Of a DNA stretch of 32,000 bases, positions 17,994-28,310 are shown piece after piece. The translations under genes were made by a program, and so were the position numbers. Each line of letters begins with the position of its first letter. The stretch's first letter is position 1. Origin of the DNA: Cupriavidus necator (GTDB taxonomy: Bacteria; Pseudomonadota; Gammaproteobacteria; Burkholderiales; Burkholderiaceae); contig NZ_CP066018.1 of NCBI RefSeq assembly GCF_016127575.1, forward strand, positions 3,930,001 through 3,962,000. The letters run 5' to 3'. The notes beneath the pieces were generated by a model that did not search any database, had not been told where the DNA came from, and saw only the letters and a list, made by a program, of their open reading frames with translations.

Positions 17994-18791
17994 GTGACGA
18001 CCCAACACCCTGTCACCGACGATTTTCGCGTGACCCTCAACACGCCGGCCAGCGCGGTCGTGGTTACCGGCGGCGCGTCCGGCATTGGCGAGGCTTGTGC
18101 AGCGGCCCTGTCCGCCATCGGCCGGCCGGTCGCCATCTGGGATATCCAGGAGGACAAGGCGCGTGCCGTCGCCGCGGCGCTCGCCGAACGTTATGACGTG
18201 CCCACCTTCGGGCTCGGCATCGACCTGCGCGCCCCCGCCGGCCTGGAACACGCGCTGGTCCGCACCCGCGCCGCCCTGCCGGCGCTGGGCGGCATGGTGC
18301 ATGCTGCCGGCGTGGTGGACCAGAGCGGGATCGACGGCCTTACACAGGCGCGCTGGGACGCGGTGCTTGATGTCAACCTGCGCGCCATGGCCCTGCTGGT
18401 GCAAGCCATGCTGCCTGACCTGCGCGCGCAACCTGGCGCGGCAGTCGTCGGCATCGCGTCGATCAATGCCACGCTGGGCAACGCCCTGATTCCGGCTTAC
18501 TCCGCCTCCAAGGGCGGCCTGCTCTCGCTGGTGCGCTCGCTCGCGGACAGCCTGGGCCGCGACGGCATCCGCATCAACGCCGTCTCTCCCGGACAGATCC
18601 ACACACCGATGCTTCAACCTGCCATCGATGCCCTGCCCGAAGGCACCTTCGAGCGACGCATCCAGCTGGGCCGCCTCGGCACCCCCGCGGAGATCGGGCG
18701 AGTGGTCCGTTTCCTTCTGTCGGACGAGGCCAGCTACGTCACCGGCACCGAGCTCATCGTCGACGGCGGCAACATTCCTTCGCAGCGCTGA
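17994..18791 (+). CDS. SDR-family oxidoreductase
   Basis: TGGASGIG cofactor motif, NAxG-like HAAG, and catalytic YSASK. GTG start with GGAGAG 7 nt upstream. The upstream part of the 536-aa track ORF is an antisense shadow of the ligase remnant. Confidence 0.85.
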   Translation: MTTQHPVTDDFRVTLNTPASAVVVTGGASGIGEACAAALSAIGRPVAIWDIQEDKARAVAAALAERYDVPTFGLGIDLRAPAGLEHALVRTRAALPALGGMVHAAGVVDQSGIDGLTQARWDAVLDVNLRAMALLVQAMLPDLRAQPGAAVVGIASINATLGNALIPAYSASKGGLLSLVRSLADSLGRDGIRINAVSPGQIHTPMLQPAIDALPEGTFERRIQLGRLGTPAEIGRVVRFLLSDEASYVTGTELIVDGGNIPSQR

Positions 18792-18914
18792 ATCGGAGCG
18801 CCCTGTCCTGTGGCTGCTGGGCCGTTCTCATACTGGGTCGCCATCCTCCGGCCGGACGTCCAGCCCTGGTTCTTCCGTCAGCCTTTCGACGCTCGAGGCT
18901 CACCGCGGGACGCC

Positions 18915-20039
18915 CTATGCAGTCCTGGCCCGTTCTGCAAGCAGCTTCAGCAGCCGTGCCTCGTCGGCACGCAGGCGGCTGACGATGGCGACGCGCGCGC
19001 AGTCCTGCAATCCGTCGTCGATGAAGGCCTCGATCACCGCCGGATGGACATAGCACTTGCGGCACACCGCCACGGTGTTGCGCAGGCGCTGGGCCACTGA
19101 CTTGATGACCTCGGCCACGCACTTCCTGCGCGCTGCTTCGCCGTCCGCGCCGGCCGCGCGCAGCAGCGCGAGCGCATGCACGCTGCCCGCCCAGGTGCGG
19201 AAGTCCTTGGCAGTGAAGTCGCCGCCGGTCGCCTGTTGCAGGTAGGCGTTGACGTCGGCGGATCCGACCTCGCGGATCTCGCCGTCGCTGTCGCGATACT
19301 TGAACAGGCACTGGCCTGGCAGGTCGGCACAATTGCGCACGATGCGGGCCAGGCGCGGATCGTTGACCGATACGTCGTGGGTGATGCCGCTCTTGCCAGT
19401 GAACTGGAAACGCAGCCGGCTGCCGCGCACGGTGACATGGCGGCGGCGCAGCGTGGTGAGGCCGTAGGTGCGGTTCTGCCGCGCATATTGCGGACTACCC
19501 ACGCGCACAAGCGTGGCGTCGAGCAGTTGCACCACCGCCGCGACCACTTTTTCGCGCGGCATGCCGTTGCGGCGCAGGTCGCGCGCGACGCGCGCCCGCA
19601 AGCGGGGCAGTACGCTGCCGAAGGCCGGCAACCGCGCGTATTTGTCCGAATCGCGCTGCGCGCTCCACTCAGGGTGGTAGACATACTGCTTGCGGCCGCG
19701 CGCATCGCGCCCGGTCGCCTGCAGGTGGCCCGCAGGGTTCGCACAGATCCACACTTCCTCGTAGGCAGGAGGAATCGCCAGCGCAGCAATGCGTGCCAGC
19801 GTGGCGGCATCGTCCACGCGCTTGCCGTTGGCGTCGATGTAGGCAAAGCCGCCGCCCTGACGGCGGCGCCCGATGCCCGGCATACTGTCATCGACATAAC
19901 GCAACCCGGCCTCGCGCAATACCGTACGCAACGCTTTGTCGGCACCATTAGTCGGGAGGGCACTATCCAAGGCTGGGTCTCTTTCCGGGGCTGCCAGCGC
20001 GCCGTCCGGGTCTTCCGGCGCTTTATGCGTGCGGGCCAC
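18915..20039 (-). CDS. Type IB DNA topoisomerase (poxvirus/eukaryote-like bacterial TopIB)
   Basis: Family-typical blocks are present: YVDDSMPGIGRRR..GFAY.D, ALAIPPAYEEVWIC, GRDARGRKQYVYH, F.FTGKSG (catalytic Lys region), DFRTWAGS (Arg region) and RNTVAVCRKCYVHP (catalytic Tyr). The start is uncertain. GTG 20039 overlaps the upstream gene by 17 nt. TTG 19970 is an alternative. The ATGs at 20189-20270 would overlap the upstream gene by more than 160 nt. Confidence 0.85.
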   Translation of the reverse strand: MARTHKAPEDPDGALAAPERDPALDSALPTNGADKALRTVLREAGLRYVDDSMPGIGRRRQGGGFAYIDANGKRVDDAATLARIAALAIPPAYEEVWICANPAGHLQATGRDARGRKQYVYHPEWSAQRDSDKYARLPAFGSVLPRLRARVARDLRRNGMPREKVVAAVVQLLDATLVRVGSPQYARQNRTYGLTTLRRRHVTVRGSRLRFQFTGKSGITHDVSVNDPRLARIVRNCADLPGQCLFKYRDSDGEIREVGSADVNAYLQQATGGDFTAKDFRTWAGSVHALALLRAAGADGEAARRKCVAEVIKSVAQRLRNTVAVCRKCYVHPAVIEAFIDDGLQDCARVAIVSRLRADEARLLKLLAERARTA

Positions 20040-20589
20040 AGTGGCCTTGCCCGCGCTGCGCCTGTTCGTGGTAATGGCAAATGCGAGCCAGCGCCCAGTC
20101 GGCAGCGGCTTCGCGTACGGCGTTACGCGTCCCCGGAAAGCGCCGCGTTTCCGTGAACGCGGCAATACCCCCGGTGCTCCGCAGCACATCACGCGCCGCA
20201 TGGCCGTGGCGGCGGAACACCCAGGCAAAGCACTGCGTGCCCGCCGGGATATCGCCATCGCCGCCATCATCGGCGACGCCGGTGTTGGCGATCGCGAGGT
20301 CGGCGCCGGTCATCTCCATGGCGCCCAGCGCCATCGCCAGCGAGACCGCCTCGCTGGTCAGTCCGTGTTGCCTGATGGTCTCAGGCGGCACGTGCAGCAA
20401 CTGTTCCTTGGCCGAGGGCGAATACGCCACGATGGCGCAGTGCAAGACATCTCCGCAACCCGGCACCTCGGCGATGCGCGAGGCGATCAGCCCCGCGGTA
20501 CAGGACTCCGCCGTGACCACATGCAAATGGTGGCGCAGCAAATAGCGCGCAATGCTGCCGTTGTCGCTGCCGTTTTCCCCAAGCGTCAT
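20023..20589 (-). CDS. pncC: CinA C-terminal domain / PncC-like nicotinamide-nucleotide amidohydrolase
   Basis: TAESCTAG motif, YS.SAKEQLL, HG.TSEAV, and NTG..DDGG...P.GT..FAW align with E. coli PncC/YgaD as recalled. ATG 20589 overlaps the upstream stop (ATGA). Confidence 0.8.
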   Translation of the reverse strand: MTLGENGSDNGSIARYLLRHHLHVVTAESCTAGLIASRIAEVPGCGDVLHCAIVAYSPSAKEQLLHVPPETIRQHGLTSEAVSLAMALGAMEMTGADLAIANTGVADDGGDGDIPAGTQCFAWVFRRHGHAARDVLRSTGGIAAFTETRRFPGTRNAVREAAADWALARICHYHEQAQRGQGHCGPHA

Positions 20590-21185
20590 CGCTGCGCCTC
20601 CGACGCCTGCACAGACACTCCGTTGCTGCGCGAGACAGCATGCGTGGCCGGTGCTGCGGGTACGCGGCCGTCGCCGCCGCGGCCCTTCACGAACGTCACC
20701 TTGCCGTCGCGCTCCAGCACCACCCGGGTAAGGTCGTCGAAGCTGTCGGTCTGAAGTGTCGCACGCAGGTTGGCCTTGAGGTCCTCCTCGGTCAGCATTG
20801 CGTGGCTCACGCGCTCCCGGTCCAGTTCCCCCTCGCGCAGCAGGTCCAGCGCGTGGCCGCCAGTGGCGCGGTCGAATGCCGGAGAACGGCTCGACAGCCA
20901 GCCCACCACCCGGTGCAGAAGCACCAATGCCAGCCCGGCGGAAAACGCCACCGCGAACGAAGTGGCCCCGACCACGGCGCGCGACAACACCGCGCCCAGC
21001 AGCAACATGATGCACAGGTCGAACGATGTCTTTTGCGCGAAGGCCCGCCTGCCGGCCAACCGCAGCATCGCCCAGGTGCCGGCGAAGATGATGGCGGCAC
21101 GCACGGCGCCTTGCCACCACGCCAGGTCGTCACCTTCGCCCACGAGCTTGCGCATCGCATCGACGATCACTTCCACGCTGTCCAT
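20586..21185 (-). CDS. DUF421 (YetF-like) membrane protein
   Basis: N-terminal TM helices, R.FAQKTSFD..IMLLLGAVLS, and a YetF-type C-terminal domain (LLREGELDRERVSHAMLTEEDLKANLR...VVLERDGKVTFVK). Confidence 0.75.
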   Translation of the reverse strand: MDSVEVIVDAMRKLVGEGDDLAWWQGAVRAAIIFAGTWAMLRLAGRRAFAQKTSFDLCIMLLLGAVLSRAVVGATSFAVAFSAGLALVLLHRVVGWLSSRSPAFDRATGGHALDLLREGELDRERVSHAMLTEEDLKANLRATLQTDSFDDLTRVVLERDGKVTFVKGRGGDGRVPAAPATHAVSRSNGVSVQASEAQR

Positions 21186-21479
21186 GTCGGCGTCCGCAGT
21201 CGATTTCCTGACTGGTTCCGCAAGTTCCGCGCCAGGCTCACGACACTGGGCCGTGCTGCCGTGCACGTCCCATATGCGCTCATTCGCGCGGGAATGCGGG
21301 GAAATCGTACGTGCAGTGCCGGGCCAGGCCTGAAAAAACTGCGCAGAGCGCGCGCAACATCGGGAGCGAATAGCGCTTATCTGTGGGACGCCGGAAAACA
21401 CCGGCCGGGAGCGCCATGCCGAGCAACGGCGGAACAGCAATTTAGCGCGCGGCTCGGCCGGAGGGAGATGAAAATACCA

Positions 21480-21511
21480 ACAAAAAAGGACTTAGATCGC
21501 TCTAAGTCCTT
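21480..21511 (-). terminator. Rho-independent terminator immediately after tRNA-Val
   Basis: Perfect 11-bp AT-rich stem AAGGACTTAGA (21486-21496) / TCTAAGTCCTT (21501-21511) with a 4-nt loop. On the minus strand it is followed by TTTTTTGTT. Confidence 0.75.
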
Positions 21512-21529
21512 GATTTTGTTAGTCAAGCG

Positions 21530-21606
21530 TGGTGGGTGCTGAGGGGTTCGAACCCCCGACCTACGCCTTGTAAGGGCGCCGCTCTACCAACTGAGCTAAG
21601 CACCCG
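21530..21606 (-). tRNA. tRNA-Val (anticodon TAC)
   Basis: The reverse complement reads GGGTGCTTAGCTCAGTTGGTAGAGCGGCGCCCTTACAAGGCGTAGGTCGGGGGTTCGAACCCCTCAGCACCCACCA. It forms a cloverleaf with anticodon loop CTTACAA and an encoded CCA. Confidence 0.95.
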
Positions 21607-21734
21607 CTCGACCATCACAGGCTGGCTGCCTGCAACTTGCTGATCGCTCCACACCTCGCGGCAGTTGCCGTGGTTTGCGTTGCGAGGGCGCAAGTGTAAT
21701 ACAGGTGATTTCGGTTTGCCAAGGCCTGTGCGCG

Positions 21735-21772
21735 CAAAAAAACGCCGCCGGGCATCGCTACCCCGCGGCGTT
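21735..21772 (-). terminator. Rho-independent terminator after lon
   Basis: Stem AACGCCGC (21741-21748) / GCGGCGTT (21765-21772), with additional inner GGG/CCC pairs. On the minus strand it is followed by TTTTTTT. Confidence 0.7.
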
Positions 21773-21795
21773 TCGTTCATGCGGCCAAAGCTGTG

Positions 21796-24210
21796 TCAGT
21801 GATGCAGACGCTCAACCTTGGCCGTGGCCTTGTCCGCCACTTCGGCGGGCTTGGCATCTTCTTCAGGCAACGCCTCGGGCTTGCGCTCGAGCGCCAGTTC
21901 CAGCACCTTGTCGATCCAGCGGACCGGCACGATCTCGATGGCGTTCTTCACGTTGTCGGGGATCTCGGCCAGATCCTTGACGTTTTCCTCCGGGATCAGC
22001 ACCAGCTTGATGCCGCCCCGGTGGGCCGCCAGCAGCTTCTCCTTGAGGCCCCCGATCGGCAGCACCTCGCCGCGCAGCGTGATCTCGCCGGTCATGGCGA
22101 CATCCGCGCGCACCGGGATGCCGGTCAGCACCGACACCAGCGCCGTGGTCATGGCACCGCCTGCGGACGGGCCGTCCTTGGGCGTGGCGCCTTCAGGCAC
22201 GTGGATGTGGATGTCGCGCTTCTCGAACATCTCATCCGTGATACCCAGGCGACGTGCCCGCGAACGCACCACCGAACGTGCGGCCTCGACCGACTCCTTC
22301 ATCACATCGCCCAGCGAACCGGTACGCGTGATGTTGCCCTTGCCCGGCATGATCGCGGCTTCGATGGTCAGCAGATCGCCGCCCACCTCGGTCCACGCCA
22401 GACCGGTGACCTGGCCAACCTGGTTTTCCTTGCCGGCCAGGCCGAAATCGTACTTGCGCACGCCGAGGAATTTGTCCAGGTTCTCGGAATCGACCTTGAT
22501 CGTGCCCGACTCCTTCTTCAGCAGCAGCAGCTTGACCACCTTGCGCGCGATCTTGGAGACCTCGCGTTCCAGCGAACGCACCCCCGCTTCACGTGTGTAG
22601 TAGCGGATGATGTCGCGGATCGCGCTTTCGGCAACCTCGATCTCGCCTGCCTTCAGACCGTTGTTCTTGATCTGCTTGGGCAACAGGTAGCGCTGCGCGA
22701 TATTGACCTTCTCGTCCTCGGTGTAACCCGACAGGCGGATCACCTCCATACGATCGAGCAGCGGCGGCGGGATGTTGAGCGAGTTCGACGTGGCCACGAA
22801 CATCACGTCGGACAGGTCGAAATCCACTTCGATGTAGTGGTCCTGGAACGTGTGGTTCTGTTCCGGGTCCAGCACCTCGAGCAGCGCCGACGACGGATCG
22901 CCGCGGAAATCCATGCCCATCTTGTCGATCTCGTCGAGCAGGAAGAGCGGATTGCGCACGCCGACCTTGGACAGGCTCTGCAGGATCTTGCCCGGCATCG
23001 AGCCGATATAGGTCCTGCGGTGGCCGCGGATTTCGGCCTCGTCACGCACGCCACCCAGTGCCATGCGCACGAACTTGCGGTTCGTCGCGCGCGCCACCGA
23101 CTGGCCGAGCGAGGTCTTGCCCACGCCGGGAGGCCCGACCAGGCAGAGGATAGGTGCCTTCACCTTGTCCACGCGCTGTTGCACCGCGAGGTACTCGAGA
23201 ATGCGTTCCTTGACCTTCTCCAGGCCGTAGTGGTCTTCATCCAGCACGCGCTCGGCGTTGGCGAGGTCGTTGTTGACCTTGCTCTTCTTGCGCCATGGCA
23301 GGTTCACCAGCGTGTCGATGTAGTTGCGCACGACGGTGGCTTCGGCCGACATCGGCGACATCAGCTTGAGCTTCTTGAATTCGGCGTCGGCCTTCTTCTT
23401 GGCTTCCTTCGGCATCCGCGCAGCCTTGATGCGCTTGTCGAGTTCTTCCAGGTCGGCGCCTTCTTCGCCCTCGCCGAGTTCCTTCTGGATGGCCTTGACC
23501 TGCTCGTTCAGGTAGTACTCGCGCTGGCTCTTCTCCATCTGGCGCTTGACGCGGCCACGGATGCGCTTTTCAACCTGGAGGATGTCGATCTCGCCCTCGA
23601 GCTGCGACAGCAGGCTTTCCAGGCGTTCGGTCACATTGACCATCTCCAGGATCTTCTGCTTCTGCTCGAGCTTGATCGGCAGGTGCGCGGCGATGGTGTC
23701 CGCCAGGCGGCCTGCCTCGTCGATGCCCGACAGCGAGGTCAGGATCTCGGGCGGGATCTTCTTGTTGAGCTTCACGTACTGGTCGAACTGCGACACGATC
23801 GCGCGGCGCAGGGCCTCGGTCTCGGCGCTTTCGCCAGGTGCGGGCGGCACGGGCACGGCTTCGCACATAAAGTGCGCATCGTCCTCGCTCACCTCGCGGA
23901 TATTCGCGCGCTGGGTACCCTCGACCAGCACCTTCACGGTACCGTCGGGCAGTTTCAGCATTTGCAGGATATTGGCGATGCAGCCGACCTCATACAGGTC
24001 GTCGGCGGTCGGCTCGTCCTTGGCCGCCGTCTTCTGGGCCACGAGCATGATGCTCTTGCCCGCCTCCATCGCAGTCTCAAGCGCCTTGATGGACTTCGGG
24101 CGTCCCACGAACAGCGGGATCACCATGTGCGGAAACACCACCACGTCGCGCAGCGGCAACAGTGGGAGGCGAATCGGCTCGGCCGGGAGGAGTTGTGTTC
24201 CGGACATCAT
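21796..24210 (-). CDS. lon: ATP-dependent Lon protease
   Basis: LON N-domain, Walker [10 protein letters not shown], and the catalytic Ser region PKDGPSAG. The GGGGA SD sits just before the ATGATG pair at 24210/24207. The track start at 24228 has no SD. Confidence 0.95.
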   Translation of the reverse strand: MMSGTQLLPAEPIRLPLLPLRDVVVFPHMVIPLFVGRPKSIKALETAMEAGKSIMLVAQKTAAKDEPTADDLYEVGCIANILQMLKLPDGTVKVLVEGTQRANIREVSEDDAHFMCEAVPVPPAPGESAETEALRRAIVSQFDQYVKLNKKIPPEILTSLSGIDEAGRLADTIAAHLPIKLEQKQKILEMVNVTERLESLLSQLEGEIDILQVEKRIRGRVKRQMEKSQREYYLNEQVKAIQKELGEGEEGADLEELDKRIKAARMPKEAKKKADAEFKKLKLMSPMSAEATVVRNYIDTLVNLPWRKKSKVNNDLANAERVLDEDHYGLEKVKERILEYLAVQQRVDKVKAPILCLVGPPGVGKTSLGQSVARATNRKFVRMALGGVRDEAEIRGHRRTYIGSMPGKILQSLSKVGVRNPLFLLDEIDKMGMDFRGDPSSALLEVLDPEQNHTFQDHYIEVDFDLSDVMFVATSNSLNIPPPLLDRMEVIRLSGYTEDEKVNIAQRYLLPKQIKNNGLKAGEIEVAESAIRDIIRYYTREAGVRSLEREVSKIARKVVKLLLLKKESGTIKVDSENLDKFLGVRKYDFGLAGKENQVGQVTGLAWTEVGGDLLTIEAAIMPGKGNITRTGSLGDVMKESVEAARSVVRSRARRLGITDEMFEKRDIHIHVPEGATPKDGPSAGGAMTTALVSVLTGIPVRADVAMTGEITLRGEVLPIGGLKEKLLAAHRGGIKLVLIPEENVKDLAEIPDNVKNAIEIVPVRWIDKVLELALERKPEALPEEDAKPAEVADKATAKVERLHH

Positions 24211-24372
24211 TTTCCCCAAGTCAGTCATTTAAGGCGTAAATTGGGCCGCCCGAATCGATTACAAGATACGTGCCAATCGATTCATCAAGGCAGGCAGATG
24301 CCGCTCCCTGCACTTGCTGGCCCCTCTGAAACAGCATACCCGCGTTTCCTCCCTCTCGTCGGTAGAAATAAA

Positions 24373-24404
24373 CAAAAAAAGCCGCTCGCTTCTACGCGAA
24401 CGGC
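24373..24404 (-). terminator. Rho-independent terminator after clpX
   Basis: Stem GCCGCTCGC (24381-24389) / GCGAACGGC (24396-24404) with one mismatch. On the minus strand it is followed by TTTTTTTGTTT. Confidence 0.65.
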
Positions 24405-24462
24405 CTTTTCGCCCGGCTGCCGGTGTGGTCCCGACCACTTACCACGTCTGGCAGCCCTCGCG

Positions 24463-25740
<1,278 letters not shown>

Positions 25741-25865
25741 AGGAATCAGTCACTTATGCAGGGCGCACACCGCGGGGCGACAGGCTCCCCAGCGATACGC
25801 TTCAAACGCATCATACGCCAAAACAATTGGCACCACCGGCGGTTCCCCCCGGCTGTGGGGCAAAA

Positions 25866-25891
25866 GCAAAAAACGAGGCACGGGGCCTCGT
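25866..25891 (-). terminator. Hairpin plus U-tract in the clpP-clpX spacer (possible partial terminator/attenuator)
   Basis: Stem ACGAGGC (25873-25879) / GCCTCGT (25885-25891). On the minus strand it is followed by TTTTTTGCTTTT. Confidence 0.5.
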
Positions 25892-25971
25892 TCCGGTGTA
25901 GCCTTCGCCATTTGAGCCCGTGCCAGCCTGGCCGGCCGCCGCTGCGGATTGCGCCACGGCGGCCCGCTGCA

Positions 25972-26622
25972 TCAGCCGCGGCGGGCGAGGACCTTGTCGA
26001 TCAGGCCGTAGTCAACTGCCTGGTCGCCGCTCATGAAGTTGTCGCGATCGGTATCGCGCGCAATCTTCTCGACCGGCTGGCCCGTCACCTCGGACAGGAT
26101 GGTGTTGAGCCGCTCGCGCAGGTACAGGATCTCGCGCGCCTGGATCTCGATGTCAGAGGCCTGGCCGCGCGCGCCGCCCAGCGGCTGGTGGATCATGATG
26201 CGCGAGTTGGGCAGCGCCGAACGCTTGCCCTTGGCGCCAGCCGCCAGCAGGAACGCGCCCATGCTTGCCGCCATGCCCATGCACAGCGTGGACACGTCCG
26301 GCTTGATGAACTGCATGGTGTCGTAGATCGCCAGCCCCGCCGATACGGAACCGCCCGGCGAGTTGATGTACAGCGACACGTCCTTGTCGGGGTTCTCGCT
26401 CTCGAGGAACAGCAGCTGGGCCACCACCAGGTTGGCGGTCTGGTCGTTGACCTCGCCCACCATGAACACCACGCGCTCCTTCAGCAGGCGCGAGTAGATG
26501 TCATAAGCGCGCTCGCCCCGGCCGGACTGCTCGACGACCATCGGCACCAGCCCCAGGCCCTGGGTTTCCAGTGCCGAAGCCTGCGTGGTGGCGAGACGGT
26601 CAAGCAAATCATTGCGGGTCAT
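25972..26622 (-). CDS. clpP: ATP-dependent Clp protease proteolytic subunit ClpP
   Basis: Catalytic Ser motif [11 protein letters not shown], plus [18 protein letters not shown] 5 nt upstream of ATG 26622. Confidence 0.95.
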   Translation of the reverse strand: MTRNDLLDRLATTQASALETQGLGLVPMVVEQSGRGERAYDIYSRLLKERVVFMVGEVNDQTANLVVAQLLFLESENPDKDVSLYINSPGGSVSAGLAIYDTMQFIKPDVSTLCMGMAASMGAFLLAAGAKGKRSALPNSRIMIHQPLGGARGQASDIEIQAREILYLRERLNTILSEVTGQPVEKIARDTDRDNFMSGDQAVDYGLIDKVLARRG

Positions 26623-26681
26623 GCATGTTCTCCATGGATTCGTCGGATCGCAAGGCAATCCGGGGTAACTCGGGAAGCTGC

Positions 26682-26706
26682 CCCCGCCCCACGCCGTGGC
26701 GCGGGG
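26682..26706 (-). other. GC-rich hairpin in the tig-clpP spacer, without a U-tract
   Basis: CCCCGC-c-CCAC-gcc-GTGG-c-GCGGGG: 10 bp with one C/C mismatch. Function is unknown; it may be a processing or attenuation element. Confidence 0.3.
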
Positions 26707-26725
26707 CTGCGGGTCACTTCCGGCC

Positions 26726-28081
26726 TCAGGCTTGCTGCTGGTTGCCTTCGGCGGTGAGTTCCTCGAAGGACACCTTCTTGTCGGTGACCTTGGCCTTGCC
26801 GCATACGAAATTTACCACGTTGTTTTCGAGCACGTAGGCTTCCATTTCGGCCAGGCGCTGCTGGTCGCCGTAGTACCAGCGCATGACTTCCTTCGGGTCT
26901 TCGTAGCTCTTGGCGAAGTCCTCGATCTCGGCCTTGATCTGGTCAGCCTTGGCTTCCAGGCCGTTGGCCTTGACGATCTCGGCCAGGATCAGGCCCAGCT
27001 TGACGCGGCGCTCGGCCTGCTGCGCGAACATCTCGGCCGGGATCGGCATGTCCTTGGCGTTGGGCATGCCACGCTGCTCCAGGTCGCGGCGGGCCATTTC
27101 CACCAGGCGTTCCTGGTCCTGCTCGATCAGGGCCTTGGGCACCTCCAGCTCGCTGGCCTTCAGCAGCGCTTCCATGACCTGGTCCTTCAGCATGGAGTGC
27201 GTGCGGCGCTTCACTTCGCGCTCGAGGTTCTCGCGGATGTCGGCGCGCATCTTCTCGACGCTGCCGTCGGCGATGCCCAGCGACTTGGCGAAGGCATCAT
27301 TGACTTCCGGCAGGTGCGCCCACTCGATCTTCTTCAGCGTCACGGTGAACTCGGCGGTCTTGCCGGCCACTTCCTTGCCGTGGTAGTCCTCCGGGAAGGC
27401 CAGCGGGAAGGTCTTGCTTTCGCCGACCTTCAGGCCCAGCGCGGCCTGCTCGAACTCGGGCAGCATGCGGCCTTCGCCCAGCACGAACGGGAAGTCCTCG
27501 GCCTTGCCGCCGGCGAACTCTTCACCGTCGATCTTGCCGACGAAGTCCAGCGTCACGCGGTCGCCGTTCTGGGCGGCGACGTCGGCACCGCCGTCGCCAT
27601 GCTCGCCGGCTTCGCCGCGGGCGTGGTAGTGCACGCGCTGCTTGCGCAGGATGTCGATGGTCTTGTCGACTTCGGCATCGGTGATTTCAGTGCCGGTGCG
27701 GGTGACTTCGGCAGCCGACAGGTCGCCGATGGTCACTTCCGGGTACACCTCGAAGGTGGCGTCGAAGGCGACTTCGTCCTCGCCCACGCCTTCGTTCTTG
27801 ATCTCGAACTTGGGCTGGCCGGCAACCTTGACGTCCTGTTCCTTGGTGATGTCGAAGAACTTGCGCGCGGCCTTGTCGAAGCGCACTTCGAACTCGACCT
27901 GCTGGCCGTACTGCTTCTCGACCATCTTCATCGGCACCTTGCCCGGACGGAAGCCCGACATCTTCACGGTCTTCGACAGGCGAACCAGGCGCTCCTGCTT
28001 TTCCTTCTCCACTTCGGCCTTGGGGATGGCCAGGGTCACCTTGCGGTCCAGCTTGCCGAGGTTCTCAATCACGTTCGACAT
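26726..28081 (-). CDS. tig: Trigger factor
   Basis: A typical trigger-factor sequence (GFRPGKVP ribosome-binding motif, central FKBP-type PPIase region), located upstream of clpP-clpX-lon. Confidence 0.95.
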   Translation of the reverse strand: MSNVIENLGKLDRKVTLAIPKAEVEKEKQERLVRLSKTVKMSGFRPGKVPMKMVEKQYGQQVEFEVRFDKAARKFFDITKEQDVKVAGQPKFEIKNEGVGEDEVAFDATFEVYPEVTIGDLSAAEVTRTGTEITDAEVDKTIDILRKQRVHYHARGEAGEHGDGGADVAAQNGDRVTLDFVGKIDGEEFAGGKAEDFPFVLGEGRMLPEFEQAALGLKVGESKTFPLAFPEDYHGKEVAGKTAEFTVTLKKIEWAHLPEVNDAFAKSLGIADGSVEKMRADIRENLEREVKRRTHSMLKDQVMEALLKASELEVPKALIEQDQERLVEMARRDLEQRGMPNAKDMPIPAEMFAQQAERRVKLGLILAEIVKANGLEAKADQIKAEIEDFAKSYEDPKEVMRWYYGDQQRLAEMEAYVLENNVVNFVCGKAKVTDKKVSFEELTAEGNQQQA

Positions 28082-28310
28082 GGTCGTAGATCCAATCCAG
28101 AAAATGTAGTTGTGTTCGTAGGTGCTACCGCTTGCGCATGTACCGCCCGCTTTACCGCCACGGCGCCGTCACGACAGGACGGCCGGGGCGGCGCACCGGC
28201 GAACGGGCAGCTCCGCGCAAACGGAAAACGAGGATTATCGCACGGTTTTCATTCGCTTCCGGCAGATTTTGCCCGGAACGGGCCTGGAACCGCCCGCCGG
28301 ACCCGCGGCG

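Noticed and set aside
20040-20270. Upstream extension of the TopIB ORF to the ATGs at 20189-20270
   Set aside because: It would overlap the CinA/PncC-like gene by 166-248 nt in another frame. The extension (MMAAMAISRRARSALPG...) is not found in TopIB proteins as I recall them. A GTG or TTG start near the upstream stop is more plausible.
10059-21529. Search for an integrase, transposase, toxin-antitoxin genes, CRISPR repeats or known defence genes within the accessory segment
   Set aside because: Reading all six frames of the track, I recognised no tyrosine/serine recombinase, DDE transposase or nuclease-helicase defence module, and saw no regularly spaced repeats. The segment therefore cannot be called a mobile element on gene content.
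21469-21543. 24-aa ORF MKIPTKKDLDRSKSLILLVKRGGC, preceded by GGAGGGAG
   Set aside because: The SD-like run abuts the ATG with a spacing of about 3 nt. The ORF runs through the tRNA-Val terminator hairpin and into the tRNA gene on the opposite strand, so it is most likely fortuitous.
21607-21735. Possible tRNA-Val promoter (TTGGCA ... TATTAC/TTACAC on the minus strand near 21690-21725)
   Set aside because: The spacer length is ambiguous (15-17 nt) and the element lies about 85 nt upstream of the mature tRNA. This is plausible, but it is not supportable from sequence alone.
24229-24372. Attempt to place a sigma-32 heat-shock promoter upstream of lon
   Set aside because: A CTTGAT -35-like hexamer exists, but no CCCCAT-type -10 lies at the proper spacing, so no promoter call is made. 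Only the paired palindromes are reported.
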